Assembly (NCBI GenBank): GCA_963621825.1
Contig: CAVFFP010000005.1
Coordinates: 7,417-71,416, forward strand
Direction of reading: 5' to 3'
Length of the DNA stretch: 64,000 nucleotides
DNA from: a bacterium
Lineage (GTDB): Bacteria; Bacillota_I; Bacilli_A; RFN20; CAG-288
The position numbers and the translations under genes were made by a program. The notes under the pieces are model-generated. The model was given only the letters and a program-made list of their open reading frames with translations. It was not told the origin of the DNA and did not search any database. Positions 17,084 to 27,393 of this stretch are shown piece by piece. The first letter of the stretch is position 1. Each line of letters starts with the position of its first letter.

Positions 17084-19648
17084 CTAATCCTCTAATGTAT
17101 ATTCGTATGTTCCGGCACCGACAGTCTTCTCTTCGTTAGACAGAATGATTCTTGCTGTGGTGTTAGAGGGGATGGTGATTGTATATTTTATCTTTCCGTC
17201 TTCTTTCTTCCATTTGCTTGAGACCTTACCATAGATGCTATCGTATTCGCATTCGGCTTCCGTGATTTTTCCACCTGGCTTCGGTGCGATAGTAAACTTT
17301 CTATCACCACTTACCTTAATGCCGCACATGCTTCCAATCAGCCATTCACAGAGAGCACCTTTGGAGTAATGGTTTAAAGACGCTACGCCTTTGTCCTTTG
17401 TTGTCATTCCTTCCCAGCTCTCCCAGATAGTAGTTGCTCCGCTTTTCGGCATAAAGAGCCATCCGGGCATCTCTTCATTTTCTAAAAGACGATAAGCGTA
17501 TTCGATGTCAATGCTTGCAAGCACATCCAAAATGAGAGGTGTAGACAGGAATCCGGTGCCTAAGCGCCATCCATAGTTTTCTAACGCCTGAATCAGACGC
17601 TTCTTAGCAAACTCTTCCTGTTCTTCGTTAAGCAATCCCATGTATAGAGGACGGACAAGCTTTGCCTGTCTATCTGTATCTAATGTAAAGTTCTTCTTTG
17701 TGACGAGCTCCTGATATGCTTTTCTTGCTCCTTCACTATACTTTTTGATCTTATTTAATTGTTTATCCTGTGTTTTGTTGAGAATCTTTGCAATCTCAAG
17801 GACTCTCTTTAAAGTGAAATAAGTATAAGCTGTGGATTCTTCCGGATGCGGAGAGGCAAAATCATACCAATGGAAGGCACAGACGTCATTCGGTTCTGTC
17901 CACTCTCCGTAAGACTGTCCACAGTTTACGGCGTATTTTCTGTTTTTATGGGAGAGATGCATCGGCTTTGCGTATATTCCACCCCATTTCCCAGCACGTT
18001 TTATCATGAAGTTTGCGTATTTCAGTATGCCTTCATAGTTTTCTTCCAGGATGCGGCTATCTCCGTATTTCTCATAAAAGTAGAGAGGGATATAAACACC
18101 AGCACATGCCCAACCGACACTTCCGTTCATTGTCCACATGAACCAGTCTTCATTGGCGAAAGGTACAATCTGAGGTAGTCTTCCGCTTTTCCACTGCCTA
18201 TCGTATATATCGCGGACATGCTTCCTTGCAAAGGAGGCATAATTTGTCATATAGGATGCCGTGTTGAAGAAAATCTGACTGTCGCCTGTCCAACCCATTC
18301 TTTCACGGGTAGGACAATCAGAAGGGAGATCGGTAGAATTGCTCTTTAAAGACCAAACTGTATTCTTATAAAACTGATTGATCAGAGGATGAGAGCAAGA
18401 GAAGGTTGCCGTTTCCTCAAACGCACTATAAACAGCGATGGCTGTAAAGTCATCTTTTTCAAATGGTACATCTGTATCGATCTGTGCGTACTGAAAACCA
18501 CCATAGAAGAACTTCGGAGTGTATTCGTTTTGTCCTTCTTTGCAGGTATAGTCAAATTCCTGTAGCGGTGTTCTTTTTCCTTTATGTACACACTGTACAT
18601 TTGTCAAAGTGAGTTCCCCTTGACTGTCTATCATCTCACCGAGAGTGATATGTATTTTCTGCCCCTGGTGTGCGTTCAATTGGAATGAGATATATCCGGA
18701 TAGATTCTGTGGGAATTTCAAAACTTTCTTACCCTTTGGAGTGGTGATCAGTTCGATAGGTGTGAATCGTTCTCTTTCCTTTACGAAAACGTTGTTGGAT
18801 GCTGTCAGATTTGCGGTGAAGTTCACCTCTTTTGCATGATTAGAATAAGTCGGGACTTTGTTTGCAACAACAATCTCACCATCCTTCAGATCTGCAAAAC
18901 GGATAGGACCATCGTTACTATAAGACCAGGTTCTATCACTAGTTATATAGGTGACTTTTCCATCTGTTCCGTATAACTCCAATTGAGCGATGAATTTGGT
19001 CTGTTTTCCGTAGGTATTCGTTCTTCCTTTTGCACCGTTGCTTCCTCTATACCATCCGTCAGCGAGTTCGACAGTGATTTCATTGCTTCCGCTATTTATG
19101 AGTTCAGTTACATCATAAGTTTGGTATTGAATCCTCTTATCATAGTCTGTTGAACCAGGTGCAAGGATGAAGTCTCCGATGCGGATGCCGTTAAATTTTG
19201 CTTCATAAACTCCGCATGCGGTAATATATAGCCTTGCTTTCTGAATAGGAGAAGAAGAGAAGACTTTTTTAAAACAGTCTACTGGATAACGCTTTTTCTT
19301 GTTTACATGATAATTGCCGGTAATCCATTTTGCTTTCCAATCGGATTGGAAGAACAAACCTGTCTCGAAAAATGCAGAATTGTTCTCACCTTCTGTATCA
19401 TTTTCATCCCATAGAGTGATTGTCCAGTCGATACGCTGACGGGAGAATAGCTTATTGGGATAGTCGACGTGCATTTCGCTTGATAAGTTTTTGCCGCTAT
19501 CCCACACTGTTTTTCCGTTTGCGGTTGCAACGATGCGGTATGCGCTTTGCGTGATACCGCCATCGCATGTCCACATCAGACGAGGTTTCTGAATGTCGAT
19601 TCCTATTGGGTTGATCAGGTATTCGGTTTTAAGATTGATTGCTTTCAT
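17084..19648 (-). CDS. Alpha-L-rhamnosidase (GH78)
   Basis: 854 aa. The N-terminus MKAINLKTEYLINPIGIDIQKPRLMWTC is the characteristic GH78 start. No signal peptide is present, so the enzyme is probably intracellular. Confidence 0.85.
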   Translation of the reverse strand: MKAINLKTEYLINPIGIDIQKPRLMWTCDGGITQSAYRIVATANGKTVWDSGKNLSSEMHVDYPNKLFSRQRIDWTITLWDENDTEGENNSAFFETGLFFQSDWKAKWITGNYHVNKKKRYPVDCFKKVFSSSPIQKARLYITACGVYEAKFNGIRIGDFILAPGSTDYDKRIQYQTYDVTELINSGSNEITVELADGWYRGSNGAKGRTNTYGKQTKFIAQLELYGTDGKVTYITSDRTWSYSNDGPIRFADLKDGEIVVANKVPTYSNHAKEVNFTANLTASNNVFVKERERFTPIELITTPKGKKVLKFPQNLSGYISFQLNAHQGQKIHITLGEMIDSQGELTLTNVQCVHKGKRTPLQEFDYTCKEGQNEYTPKFFYGGFQYAQIDTDVPFEKDDFTAIAVYSAFEETATFSCSHPLINQFYKNTVWSLKSNSTDLPSDCPTRERMGWTGDSQIFFNTASYMTNYASFARKHVRDIYDRQWKSGRLPQIVPFANEDWFMWTMNGSVGWACAGVYIPLYFYEKYGDSRILEENYEGILKYANFMIKRAGKWGGIYAKPMHLSHKNRKYAVNCGQSYGEWTEPNDVCAFHWYDFASPHPEESTAYTYFTLKRVLEIAKILNKTQDKQLNKIKKYSEGARKAYQELVTKKNFTLDTDRQAKLVRPLYMGLLNEEQEEFAKKRLIQALENYGWRLGTGFLSTPLILDVLASIDIEYAYRLLENEEMPGWLFMPKSGATTIWESWEGMTTKDKGVASLNHYSKGALCEWLIGSMCGIKVSGDRKFTIAPKPGGKITEAECEYDSIYGKVSSKWKKEDGKIKYTITIPSNTTARIILSNEEKTVGAGTYEYTLED

Positions 19649-19676
19649 TTTTCCTCCTACTAAGCATGCTACATGC

Positions 19677-21557
19677 TTATTGACTCACGGAATTCTTTGC
19701 TATAAGTTCAGCTTGAATCTTTGCACGATAGACTTCACCTTTTGCAAGTTCTTTTGCCCAGAACTTGTCATTACGTTCTTTCTTCTTTCTTGCTTTTTCT
19801 TCTCTCTTGGCTAATTGCTCTTTAGTGAGTTTTGCAAGTTTCATTTTTTGTCTTTCTTCTGCTTTCTTTTCCTTTGCGTCCGCTTTTTCTTTTGCGATAC
19901 GTTTCTTTTCATCTTGCTTTGCTTTCACTTCGGATGCATGGCGGTTATGCTTTTCTAACTCTGCTTCGAAATCCAGACCTTTCGCATCACATTTTATCTT
20001 AAGCTCTTCGACATAGTTTTTCTCAGCCTCAAGAATATACTTCTCCTCTTCTTCGGCGGCTTTGATTTCCGGAGCTACCCATTCTTCTCCACGGGCTTCT
20101 GCTTCCTCTTTCTGATGTTCTCTTATCTTTTCCTGCTTATGTCCAAGTGTCTTTTCAACGGATAAGAAGAATAACAGAACAGCAAGGATGATTCCGGTAA
20201 TCGCTTCTAATCCGACAAAAGAGAAAGTAATGACATTGGTAACCGCCTCAGGCTGCTGATAGGCGACAGTAACACCATCAACTAATTCGGGAGCAATATA
20301 TCCAGCAGCGGAAAGCATTGCATTGAATGCAGCCGTTGCCATACCGGCTATAGAAACAGCAATGATGTTATAGATCGACATCGCTGTACCATCACAACGG
20401 ATACCACTCTTCCATTCTAAGTGGTCAAGGGTGTCTGCGAACAAGGCCATAAAGATATATGCGCAAGGTAATCCACCGATATTCTTGATGAACTGACCGA
20501 CAAGAACAATATAGAGATTCTGCGGAGATAACCAACAGATTGCACTACCTAAGGAATATAAAAGGAAACCGGCAAGTGTGACATTTCGTTTTCCGAACTT
20601 CTTTGCAAGCGGCCAAACGGCAAAGATACCAATGCCCATAGGGATGCCACCGATGACGGATACCAGAGTCTGAGTTCTGCCATCGTTATAGGACCCTAAA
20701 ACGTAATTGCAGTAGTAGACAAGTCCAAGATTCTTCAAGGATGAACCGAATGTATAAATCAGGAAATACACGAACATGATGATCATGTATTTGTCTGTGA
20801 GAACAATCTTCAACTGAGTAAGGAATGGAATCTTTCTCTCTTCACTGCTGTGTGCCATCTGCTCTTCTGTGACTCTTTCTTTGGTGAAGTAGTATTCTAG
20901 TAGAGTAAGCGGCAATACAAGAGCGGAAAGAACGGACATGACAATGATCCATTTTGTCATATCGACACCGAGCAGAGGCATGACTGCCATCGGGAAAACA
21001 AGAGCGACAACGATACCGCTCATCATGACTGTTGAAATCTGATTGAATACGGATAATCCGCCTCTTTGGATGGAGTTTCTAGTAGATAACGGACACATCA
21101 GGTTGTGACTCATATTGTAAATCGTATAGGCAAAGGAATAGAAAAGGTTGTAGGATATAATTACCCAAACGACTTGTAAAGTCTGATTTCCACTTGGGAC
21201 AATAAATAACAAGATTCCTGTGATTGCAACCAGTGGTGCAGATAATAACAGCCATGGCCTGGCTTTCCCTTGCTTTGTCTTGGTTCTGTCGATGATGTAA
21301 CCCATGATGATGTTTGTGATTGCATCGATGATCTTGGATACGAGAGGGAATACGACTAAAAAGGCGCCGCCCCATACCGAAGAGAGTTTGAGAACATCGG
21401 TGTAATACACATTGAGATAGGTGGCAAGGACGGCATTGAACAGAAGAGCACCGCAAGGACCGAGCAGATATCCTAACCATTTCTCTTTGTTTGTTACGTT
21501 TTTAGAATGAATGCGGCTATCAAATATTCGGCCGCTTAGCATTTTTCCTTTTTCCAT
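19677..21557 (-). CDS. Glycoside-pentoside-hexuronide (GPH/MFS) cation symporter with a long charged C-terminal tail
   Basis: 626 aa. The first 460 aa or so form a 12-TM GPH-like core ([18 protein letters not shown]...). The last 160 aa or so are K/E/A-rich and coiled-coil-like. Confidence 0.8.
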   Translation of the reverse strand: MEKGKMLSGRIFDSRIHSKNVTNKEKWLGYLLGPCGALLFNAVLATYLNVYYTDVLKLSSVWGGAFLVVFPLVSKIIDAITNIIMGYIIDRTKTKQGKARPWLLLSAPLVAITGILLFIVPSGNQTLQVVWVIISYNLFYSFAYTIYNMSHNLMCPLSTRNSIQRGGLSVFNQISTVMMSGIVVALVFPMAVMPLLGVDMTKWIIVMSVLSALVLPLTLLEYYFTKERVTEEQMAHSSEERKIPFLTQLKIVLTDKYMIIMFVYFLIYTFGSSLKNLGLVYYCNYVLGSYNDGRTQTLVSVIGGIPMGIGIFAVWPLAKKFGKRNVTLAGFLLYSLGSAICWLSPQNLYIVLVGQFIKNIGGLPCAYIFMALFADTLDHLEWKSGIRCDGTAMSIYNIIAVSIAGMATAAFNAMLSAAGYIAPELVDGVTVAYQQPEAVTNVITFSFVGLEAITGIILAVLLFFLSVEKTLGHKQEKIREHQKEEAEARGEEWVAPEIKAAEEEEKYILEAEKNYVEELKIKCDAKGLDFEAELEKHNRHASEVKAKQDEKKRIAKEKADAKEKKAEERQKMKLAKLTKEQLAKREEKARKKKERNDKFWAKELAKGEVYRAKIQAELIAKNSVSQ

Positions 21558-21560
21558 TTT

Positions 21561-24002
21561 TTACTCCTCCTTATCTTTCGGCAGTGCCGGAACTTCTATT
21601 TTGGTACAGAAATTCTTGATTCCTTTGAACAGATGTCCGTTTGACAGATTCATGAAACCGAGTGCAAAGTTATATGGTAGACTTTTTCCGGCTGACATAG
21701 ACATACTTCGTATTGAGTTGCTCTCCAGAATTCTTTTTAAGAACATAGCCCCTTTGATATGGTTGTCCTTCTCAGTGCCATCCGACATTTTCTTGGCTTC
21801 TTTCATCTGCTTCTTCGCTACGCTTAATACGGCGTTGAAGAGAATCCTTCCAAGGAATGTCTGTTTTAAATCAGTGAACCTGCTTTCCAGTGTGATTGGT
21901 TTCTTCTCTGGAAGTGGTGTGATTTTGACTCTGCTCATCTCTTCGAATAACTCATCATAGACACCTGTCAGATTAGCGCCATTATATACTTTTAATACAT
22001 TCTCACTATATGGTGATGGAATGGTTTCACCGTTTATATCGACACTTTTCGTCAACTGAATTGTTCTACAATCAGAACAGATTTGTAATTCATATGTTCC
22101 GTTTTCTAGCACCCAACGATTCTCTTGGATGTTCCAATATCGAAGATCGGTTTTATCTACGGTTAGAGTTACTGTTTTGCATTCTCCTGCTTTCAGATAT
22201 ACTTTAGTGAAAGCGCGAAGCTCTTTGATTGGCTTGAATACATCTGTTACAGGTGCCTTCACATAGAACTGTACAATTTCTGCTCCATCATATTTTCCGA
22301 CGTTTTCGATTTCACAGGTGACTGTGACATGATCATCGGTATCTTCTAGAACCTTCATATTGCGATATTCGAATGAGGTATAGGATAAACCATATCCGAA
22401 TGGATAACGCACCTCTTTCTTTGCAGTCTCATAATATCGATAACCGACGAAGATGCTCTCCTTATATACTTCTCTTTCATTTTTGGAATAGGCGTCTCCG
22501 AAGGGAACATCGTCATATGTTTTGACCCATGTTTCCGGTAATTTTCCGCATGGTGTTTTATCACCGAACAATAGATGATACACGGCCGTTCCTCCATTCT
22601 GTCCAGGTAGGAACATGTTGAGGATGGATGAGACTTTATCTGCAAACGGCAATTCTATGACAGAGCCTCCGAATAGTACGATGATGACTTTCTTTCCGGT
22701 ATTTACTATTGCATCGATCAGAGCACTCTGATTCTCAGGAAGAGACAAACTTTCTCTGTCTCCGCCTTCGCTTTCCACATAATCGGTAAGGCCAGCAAAT
22801 ACTAGGACTTTATCATAGCTCTTCGCTTTCTCAAGAGCCTCTGATATCAGATCATCCTGAGGTTTCAGCTGATTTTCGGAATAGCCTTTTACAAATTCAT
22901 AGGAGACACCATTCTCATCGAATGCGTTCTTTGGTGTGGTTAGTCGATATGGATTGATCATCGAACTTCCCGCTCCCTGATAACGCATCTTATCGAATAG
23001 ATCGCCGACGATAAGGAGTTTCTCATTTTTGGAAAGCGGAAGAGATCCGTCATTCTTCATAAGTACGGCACTGTCCTCTGCGATTTCTGCAGCAAGAGCG
23101 TGATGTTTGTCCCAGTCTACCGTTTCTGCTTTCTTTGTATTTGCATATTTATCGATCAGTTTCAGGATATTGACTACTGCTTTATCTAAGTGTTTGATAT
23201 CGAGACTTCCGTCTTTGACTCCGTCCAATAACCACTTTCTACATATAGCGGTATCACCTGGCGTCTCTAAGTCTAATCCGGCTTTCAGTGACTCTACTCT
23301 ATTGTGCATGGCGCCCCAGTCTGTCATTACAATGCCGTTAAATCCCCATTCATTTCTTAAAACATCAGTCAGAAGCCATTTGTTGTCGGAACAATAGATT
23401 CCGTTGATCTGATTATATGCACACATCATGGCATATGGTTCGGCTTCTTTGACGATGCGTTCAAATACTTTCAGATAGATCTCCCGCATTGCACGCATAT
23501 CGACAATACAGTTATCCATGAAGCGGTAATTCTCGGAATTGTTCAACGCAAAATGTTTGACGGTTGCACCCACTCCTTTGCTCTGTAATCCTTTTATTTC
23601 CATAGCGGCCATCTTACCGGCAAGGTAAGGGTCCTCGGAGAAGTATTCGAAATTTCTTCCGCATAGTGGATTCTTCTTGATATTAGCACCAGGACCTAAC
23701 AATAGGTTTACACCATAGAAAAGACACTCTTCTGCGATGGCTTTTCCTAGTTTTTCTGTATTTGCTGGATTCCAGCTAGATGCAGTGGCTGCCGCGGTAG
23801 GAAAAGCAGTGGAAGGCTTGCTTCCGTTTACACCGTTATCCCCAGCTTCTGACTGTACACGTAAGCCGTGCGGCCCATCTGACATTCTCAGTGCGGGAAT
23901 ATGAAGTCTAGGGATAGGGTTGGTGTACATGAAATCTGTTCCGGAGACAAGTGCAACTTTCTCTTCGACAGTCATATCTGAAAGCAATTGATCGTAGTCC
24001 AC
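21561..24002 (-). CDS. GH3 beta-glucosidase (BglX-like), GTG start
   Basis: 813 aa with GH3 motifs MSDGPHGLR and VMTDWGA, plus a C-terminal extension of about 120 aa. No signal peptide is present. It is a paralog of 34801..37212. Confidence 0.9.
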   Translation of the reverse strand: MDYDQLLSDMTVEEKVALVSGTDFMYTNPIPRLHIPALRMSDGPHGLRVQSEAGDNGVNGSKPSTAFPTAAATASSWNPANTEKLGKAIAEECLFYGVNLLLGPGANIKKNPLCGRNFEYFSEDPYLAGKMAAMEIKGLQSKGVGATVKHFALNNSENYRFMDNCIVDMRAMREIYLKVFERIVKEAEPYAMMCAYNQINGIYCSDNKWLLTDVLRNEWGFNGIVMTDWGAMHNRVESLKAGLDLETPGDTAICRKWLLDGVKDGSLDIKHLDKAVVNILKLIDKYANTKKAETVDWDKHHALAAEIAEDSAVLMKNDGSLPLSKNEKLLIVGDLFDKMRYQGAGSSMINPYRLTTPKNAFDENGVSYEFVKGYSENQLKPQDDLISEALEKAKSYDKVLVFAGLTDYVESEGGDRESLSLPENQSALIDAIVNTGKKVIIVLFGGSVIELPFADKVSSILNMFLPGQNGGTAVYHLLFGDKTPCGKLPETWVKTYDDVPFGDAYSKNEREVYKESIFVGYRYYETAKKEVRYPFGYGLSYTSFEYRNMKVLEDTDDHVTVTCEIENVGKYDGAEIVQFYVKAPVTDVFKPIKELRAFTKVYLKAGECKTVTLTVDKTDLRYWNIQENRWVLENGTYELQICSDCRTIQLTKSVDINGETIPSPYSENVLKVYNGANLTGVYDELFEEMSRVKITPLPEKKPITLESRFTDLKQTFLGRILFNAVLSVAKKQMKEAKKMSDGTEKDNHIKGAMFLKRILESNSIRSMSMSAGKSLPYNFALGFMNLSNGHLFKGIKNFCTKIEVPALPKDKEE

Positions 24003-24047
24003 GTTCTGTAATACTCCTTATTATGAAACTATCAAAATTATAGCAAC

Positions 24048-24061
24048 TGAAAGCGCTATTA
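24048..24061. promoter_or_regulatory. Imperfect cre-like / LacI-family-type palindromic site in the divergent GH3/AraC promoter region
   Basis: TGAAAGCGCTATTA differs from TGWAANCGNTNWCA only in the last arm. On the minus strand it lies just upstream of a TATAAT (plus 24037-24042). Confidence 0.3.
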
Positions 24062-24115
24062 TCTTACATAATTGTTTGTTGTTATTCATAATTGTATTGA
24101 GTTAGGAGAAGTGTT

Positions 24116-25324
24116 ATGAAAAATATCGATTATAGTTATCTTTGCTCTGTCATTGGCAATCTTTCTGGTATTCCAATCAGAACGTTTGAAGGGAATAAAC
24201 AGATGTTCTATTACTCACTAGTACATCTTCCGAAAGACCCTATCACACCATATAAGGATAGCATTATAGCTATCGATGCCCATGTCGGCTACTTCATCAC
24301 TCCTCTTTTTGACTATTACGGAATTGTCAACTGTGCACCGTATAAGATAGTCATAGGACCGTCCCGCCAATCTTCTATGACACAACAGCAGATAAGAGAA
24401 TTAGCTTTTCAATGCGATGTCTCATCCGATGACATCGATGAATTTACATCATCGATAAAGAGTATTGTTCAAATGCCTCTTTCTAGCATCATGCAGATAC
24501 TCTGCACGATGAATTATGTCATGAATGAAGAGAAACTATCCTTAAAGGATGTCATGGTTTATGACAGTGAGCAGGAAAACTTAAAGGAGATGTTAGAGAC
24601 AGAGCAGGTAAATCATAATTTTGATTCTGTTACGACAGACATCCAGTCTCAGCAGGTAATCCATAACACCATTACATTAGAACAGACATTATCCAATATT
24701 GTCCGAAAAGGAGATTCCTCCGCTTTAAGAGAGTGGATTGCAAATGCACCTGCTGCCCGTGGTGGTACATTAGCCTTTGATCAGATACGTCAATTGAAAA
24801 ATACATTTATCGTTACAGCGACTCTTATCAGTCGCAGTGCGATCCGAGGCGGTATGGATACTGGAGATGCTCTTTCTCTTTCTGATGATTATATTCAGAA
24901 ATGTGAACTGCTTTACAGTGTAGAACAGATTACGAACTTACAATATCACATGGTCCTTGATTATACAGAACGGGTAGAGAAACTGCATTTAGGAAAGGCA
25001 CCATCAAAACTAGTAAACGAAGTAGGGAATTATGTTCAGCATCATCTATCTGAACCTGTTGATGTAGAGGCACTTGCAAAGGCGATGTTTATGAGTAGAA
25101 CCTATTTATCGACGAAGTTTAGAAAGGAAGCGGGCATGACTTTGACCGATTTCTTTTTGAAGGAGAAGACAGAAGAAGCAAAAAGACTGCTTCGTTACAC
25201 AGATAAACAGCTTACCTCAATTGCCACATATTTAGGCTTTTCTTCACAGAGCCATTTTGCAAACACATTTAAAAAGTATGTCGGTATTTCACCTAGCGAA
25301 TATCGTAGAAAACATAGCAATTAA
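24116..25324 (+). CDS. AraC-family transcriptional regulator
   Basis: 402 aa. The C-terminus has the dual HTH of AraC/XylS (...TSIATYLGFSSQSHFANTFKKYVGISPSEYR). It is transcribed divergently from the GH3-GPH-GH78 operon. Confidence 0.8.
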   Translation: MKNIDYSYLCSVIGNLSGIPIRTFEGNKQMFYYSLVHLPKDPITPYKDSIIAIDAHVGYFITPLFDYYGIVNCAPYKIVIGPSRQSSMTQQQIRELAFQCDVSSDDIDEFTSSIKSIVQMPLSSIMQILCTMNYVMNEEKLSLKDVMVYDSEQENLKEMLETEQVNHNFDSVTTDIQSQQVIHNTITLEQTLSNIVRKGDSSALREWIANAPAARGGTLAFDQIRQLKNTFIVTATLISRSAIRGGMDTGDALSLSDDYIQKCELLYSVEQITNLQYHMVLDYTERVEKLHLGKAPSKLVNEVGNYVQHHLSEPVDVEALAKAMFMSRTYLSTKFRKEAGMTLTDFFLKEKTEEAKRLLRYTDKQLTSIATYLGFSSQSHFANTFKKYVGISPSEYRRKHSN

Positions 25325-25370
25325 TCGCGTGGAATAGGTCAATAAATAACCTATTTTCATCAAAACAAAA

Positions 25371-25461
25371 TCAAAAGTCCCTTTAAATTTCTTAGAAAAG
25401 TGGTAAAAAGTCCCTTGATTTTTCTTAGAAATCTATTGAAAAGTCCCTTTAAATTTCTTAT
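25371..25461 (+). repeat. Three direct repeats at 33 bp spacing upstream of ATPase gene 25510..26865
   Basis: The copies are TCAAAAGTCCCTTTAAATTTCTTAG (25371), GTAAAAAGTCCCTTGATTTTTCTTAG (25403) and TTGAAAAGTCCCTTTAAATTTCTTAT (25436). The AAAAGTCCCT cores are at 25373, 25406 and 25439. The last copy abuts or overlaps a TATATT/TATATA -10 (25470-25477). Confidence 0.75.
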
Positions 25462-25509
25462 ATTCTAGTTATATATTCTCTTTGAATTCAATTGAAAGAG
25501 GTGAATGGT

Positions 25510-26865
25510 ATGTATTTCAAAAGAAAAATAGATGAACAATTGGACACCTGGCTAAAGAAGGAAAATAAAACACCGGCATTAGTGGTCGGTATCAGACAAT
25601 GTGGAAAAACGGAAGCCATTAGAGAGTTTGCAAAAAGAAACAAGCTTCAATTACTCGAAATGAATTTTTGGACAAACCCGAATTACTGCTCCGATTTCGA
25701 TAACGAACTAGATGTTGATACTATTATTTCCAATATTTCTTTGCGTTTTCCGCAAGTGAATTTCAGTTCTAAGAATCTTTTGCTATTCTTTGATGAGATT
25801 CAGGATTGTCCTAAAGCAAGATTGTCCTTTAAAAATTTCAAAAATGATGGAAGGTATCTTGTTATCGGTAGCGGTTCGTATTTAGGTGTTAATGGATATG
25901 TTGTTGGAGATACAACTCCTACTCCGATTGGATATGAGGATGTTTTTCATATGAAAACGATGGATTTTGAAGAATTCCTCTTAGCTACTGGGTACAAACA
26001 GGATCAGATTGATTCTCTTGTCTCATACTTTGTAATGAAGAAACCGATTCCGGAGAACGTTAACCAGAATTATAAAAATCTTTTTTTGAAATATGCATGC
26101 ATCGGCGGTTTCCCAAAAGTGGTAAAGGAATATCTAAAGACTTCTCGTATTGTTGATGCATATCGGGTGCTGTCTAGCACAATATTCGATATGAAGAGTG
26201 ATTTCGGAAGAAGAAAGGATAAAAATGATAATCCGGTCTTCAAATCTGCAGAGGTTTCTAGAATTCAGAATGTATTTGATTTGATTCCTACCTTCCTATC
26301 AAAGGAAAACAAGCGCTTCGTTGTTTCAAAGGTTCCCGGTGGATCTCAATATGATAAGAATGATGCAATTGAATATCTAAGACAGTCTCATATCATATCG
26401 AAAGTCTACAACCTTGAAGTTCCAACATTGCCTTTATCTGGTCAAAAGATTGAGACGCAGTTCAAATTATTCCCGGAGGATATCGGAATTGTGACAGCAA
26501 TGTATGGAATAGATACTGTTGCTGCTATCAATAAGGGAGAACTCGGATTAGGAAAGGGAGCAATATACGAAGCGCTTGTTTTTGATTCTCTGATCAAAGC
26601 CGGAATTGAACCTTACTATTTTGCAAAAACGACCGGATTGGAAATCGATTTTGTCATTTCTTATCAAGGTTATGCAACCTTGATTGAATCCAAAGCGACT
26701 ACTGGAAATACAAAATCGAGCAAAACAGTAATGAGGCATCCGGAACATTATGGAAAGACAAAGCTTATTAAGATTGGTGATTATAATATTAGTGAAAAGG
26801 ATGATATCATCACGATGCCTCATTATCTGACATTCGTATTAGGGAAATCAGAATATGATTTCTGA
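25510..26865 (+). CDS. AAA ATPase (AAA_14 type) with a DUF4143 / PD-(D/E)xK-like C-terminus
   Basis: The ATG at 25510 follows the RBS GAAAGAGGTGA. Walker A is VVGIRQCGKT and Walker B is LFFDEIQ. The C-terminus is LEIDFVISYQGYATLIESK. Confidence 0.85.
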   Translation: MYFKRKIDEQLDTWLKKENKTPALVVGIRQCGKTEAIREFAKRNKLQLLEMNFWTNPNYCSDFDNELDVDTIISNISLRFPQVNFSSKNLLLFFDEIQDCPKARLSFKNFKNDGRYLVIGSGSYLGVNGYVVGDTTPTPIGYEDVFHMKTMDFEEFLLATGYKQDQIDSLVSYFVMKKPIPENVNQNYKNLFLKYACIGGFPKVVKEYLKTSRIVDAYRVLSSTIFDMKSDFGRRKDKNDNPVFKSAEVSRIQNVFDLIPTFLSKENKRFVVSKVPGGSQYDKNDAIEYLRQSHIISKVYNLEVPTLPLSGQKIETQFKLFPEDIGIVTAMYGIDTVAAINKGELGLGKGAIYEALVFDSLIKAGIEPYYFAKTTGLEIDFVISYQGYATLIESKATTGNTKSSKTVMRHPEHYGKTKLIKIGDYNISEKDDIITMPHYLTFVLGKSEYDF

Positions 26866-26918
26866 ATGAGAATCAGGTTAGGGCATAACATCTTATTTTT
26901 GAATAGGCTGGAGGATTT

Positions 26919-27356
26919 ATGAGATACTGTACACATTGTGGAACTCAGTTGACAGATGACTGTAATTATTGTCCGAAATGCGGGAAGCGTGTTTCAGAGG
27001 ATGTTAAAACCGATAATCAGACAACAGAACAATCTAATCTTAAAAATACGATGCCAGTGAATACATCGGCAAACAGTACATTATTTTTCTTTGATATCCT
27101 TAGTGGTATTGCTTTCCTTGTTGGATTGATTCTGTTAGGTATCGGAGGCTATAAAGAGTATATGTTCCGTACTAGCTATAATCTGAAAGGACTGACAAAA
27201 GCAGGAATTGATCTTCTCAGGAAATCAACTGCCTATTCGGATTCTATCTCATTTTTGATAGCTGGTGGAATCTGTGCGGGAGTTGCTTTTGTATTTGGCG
27301 GTTTCCTGATTCCATTCTTGAAAGCATTGCACAGAAACGACAATGTGAACAAGTAG
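26919..27356 (+). CDS. Zinc-ribbon membrane protein
   Basis: 145 aa. The N-terminus MRYCTHCGTQLTDDCNYCPKCGKRV is a CxxC...CxxC zinc ribbon, followed by two hydrophobic helices. Confidence 0.6.
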   Translation: MRYCTHCGTQLTDDCNYCPKCGKRVSEDVKTDNQTTEQSNLKNTMPVNTSANSTLFFFDILSGIAFLVGLILLGIGGYKEYMFRTSYNLKGLTKAGIDLLRKSTAYSDSISFLIAGGICAGVAFVFGGFLIPFLKALHRNDNVNK

Positions 27357-27393
27357 ATTCTAGGGAAAAGTTTTCTATATTTCTATTGCGGTT

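Noticed and set aside
21079-21480. A 133 aa same-strand alternative-frame ORF inside the GPH symporter gene. Similar internal or antisense ORFs occur at 2280..2513, 3015..3287, 12633..12932, 16347..16716, 33114..33446 and 50402..50725.
   Set aside because: All are nested within longer ORFs that have clear family signatures. Their composition is biased (R/S/L/C-rich), as expected for off-frame translation.
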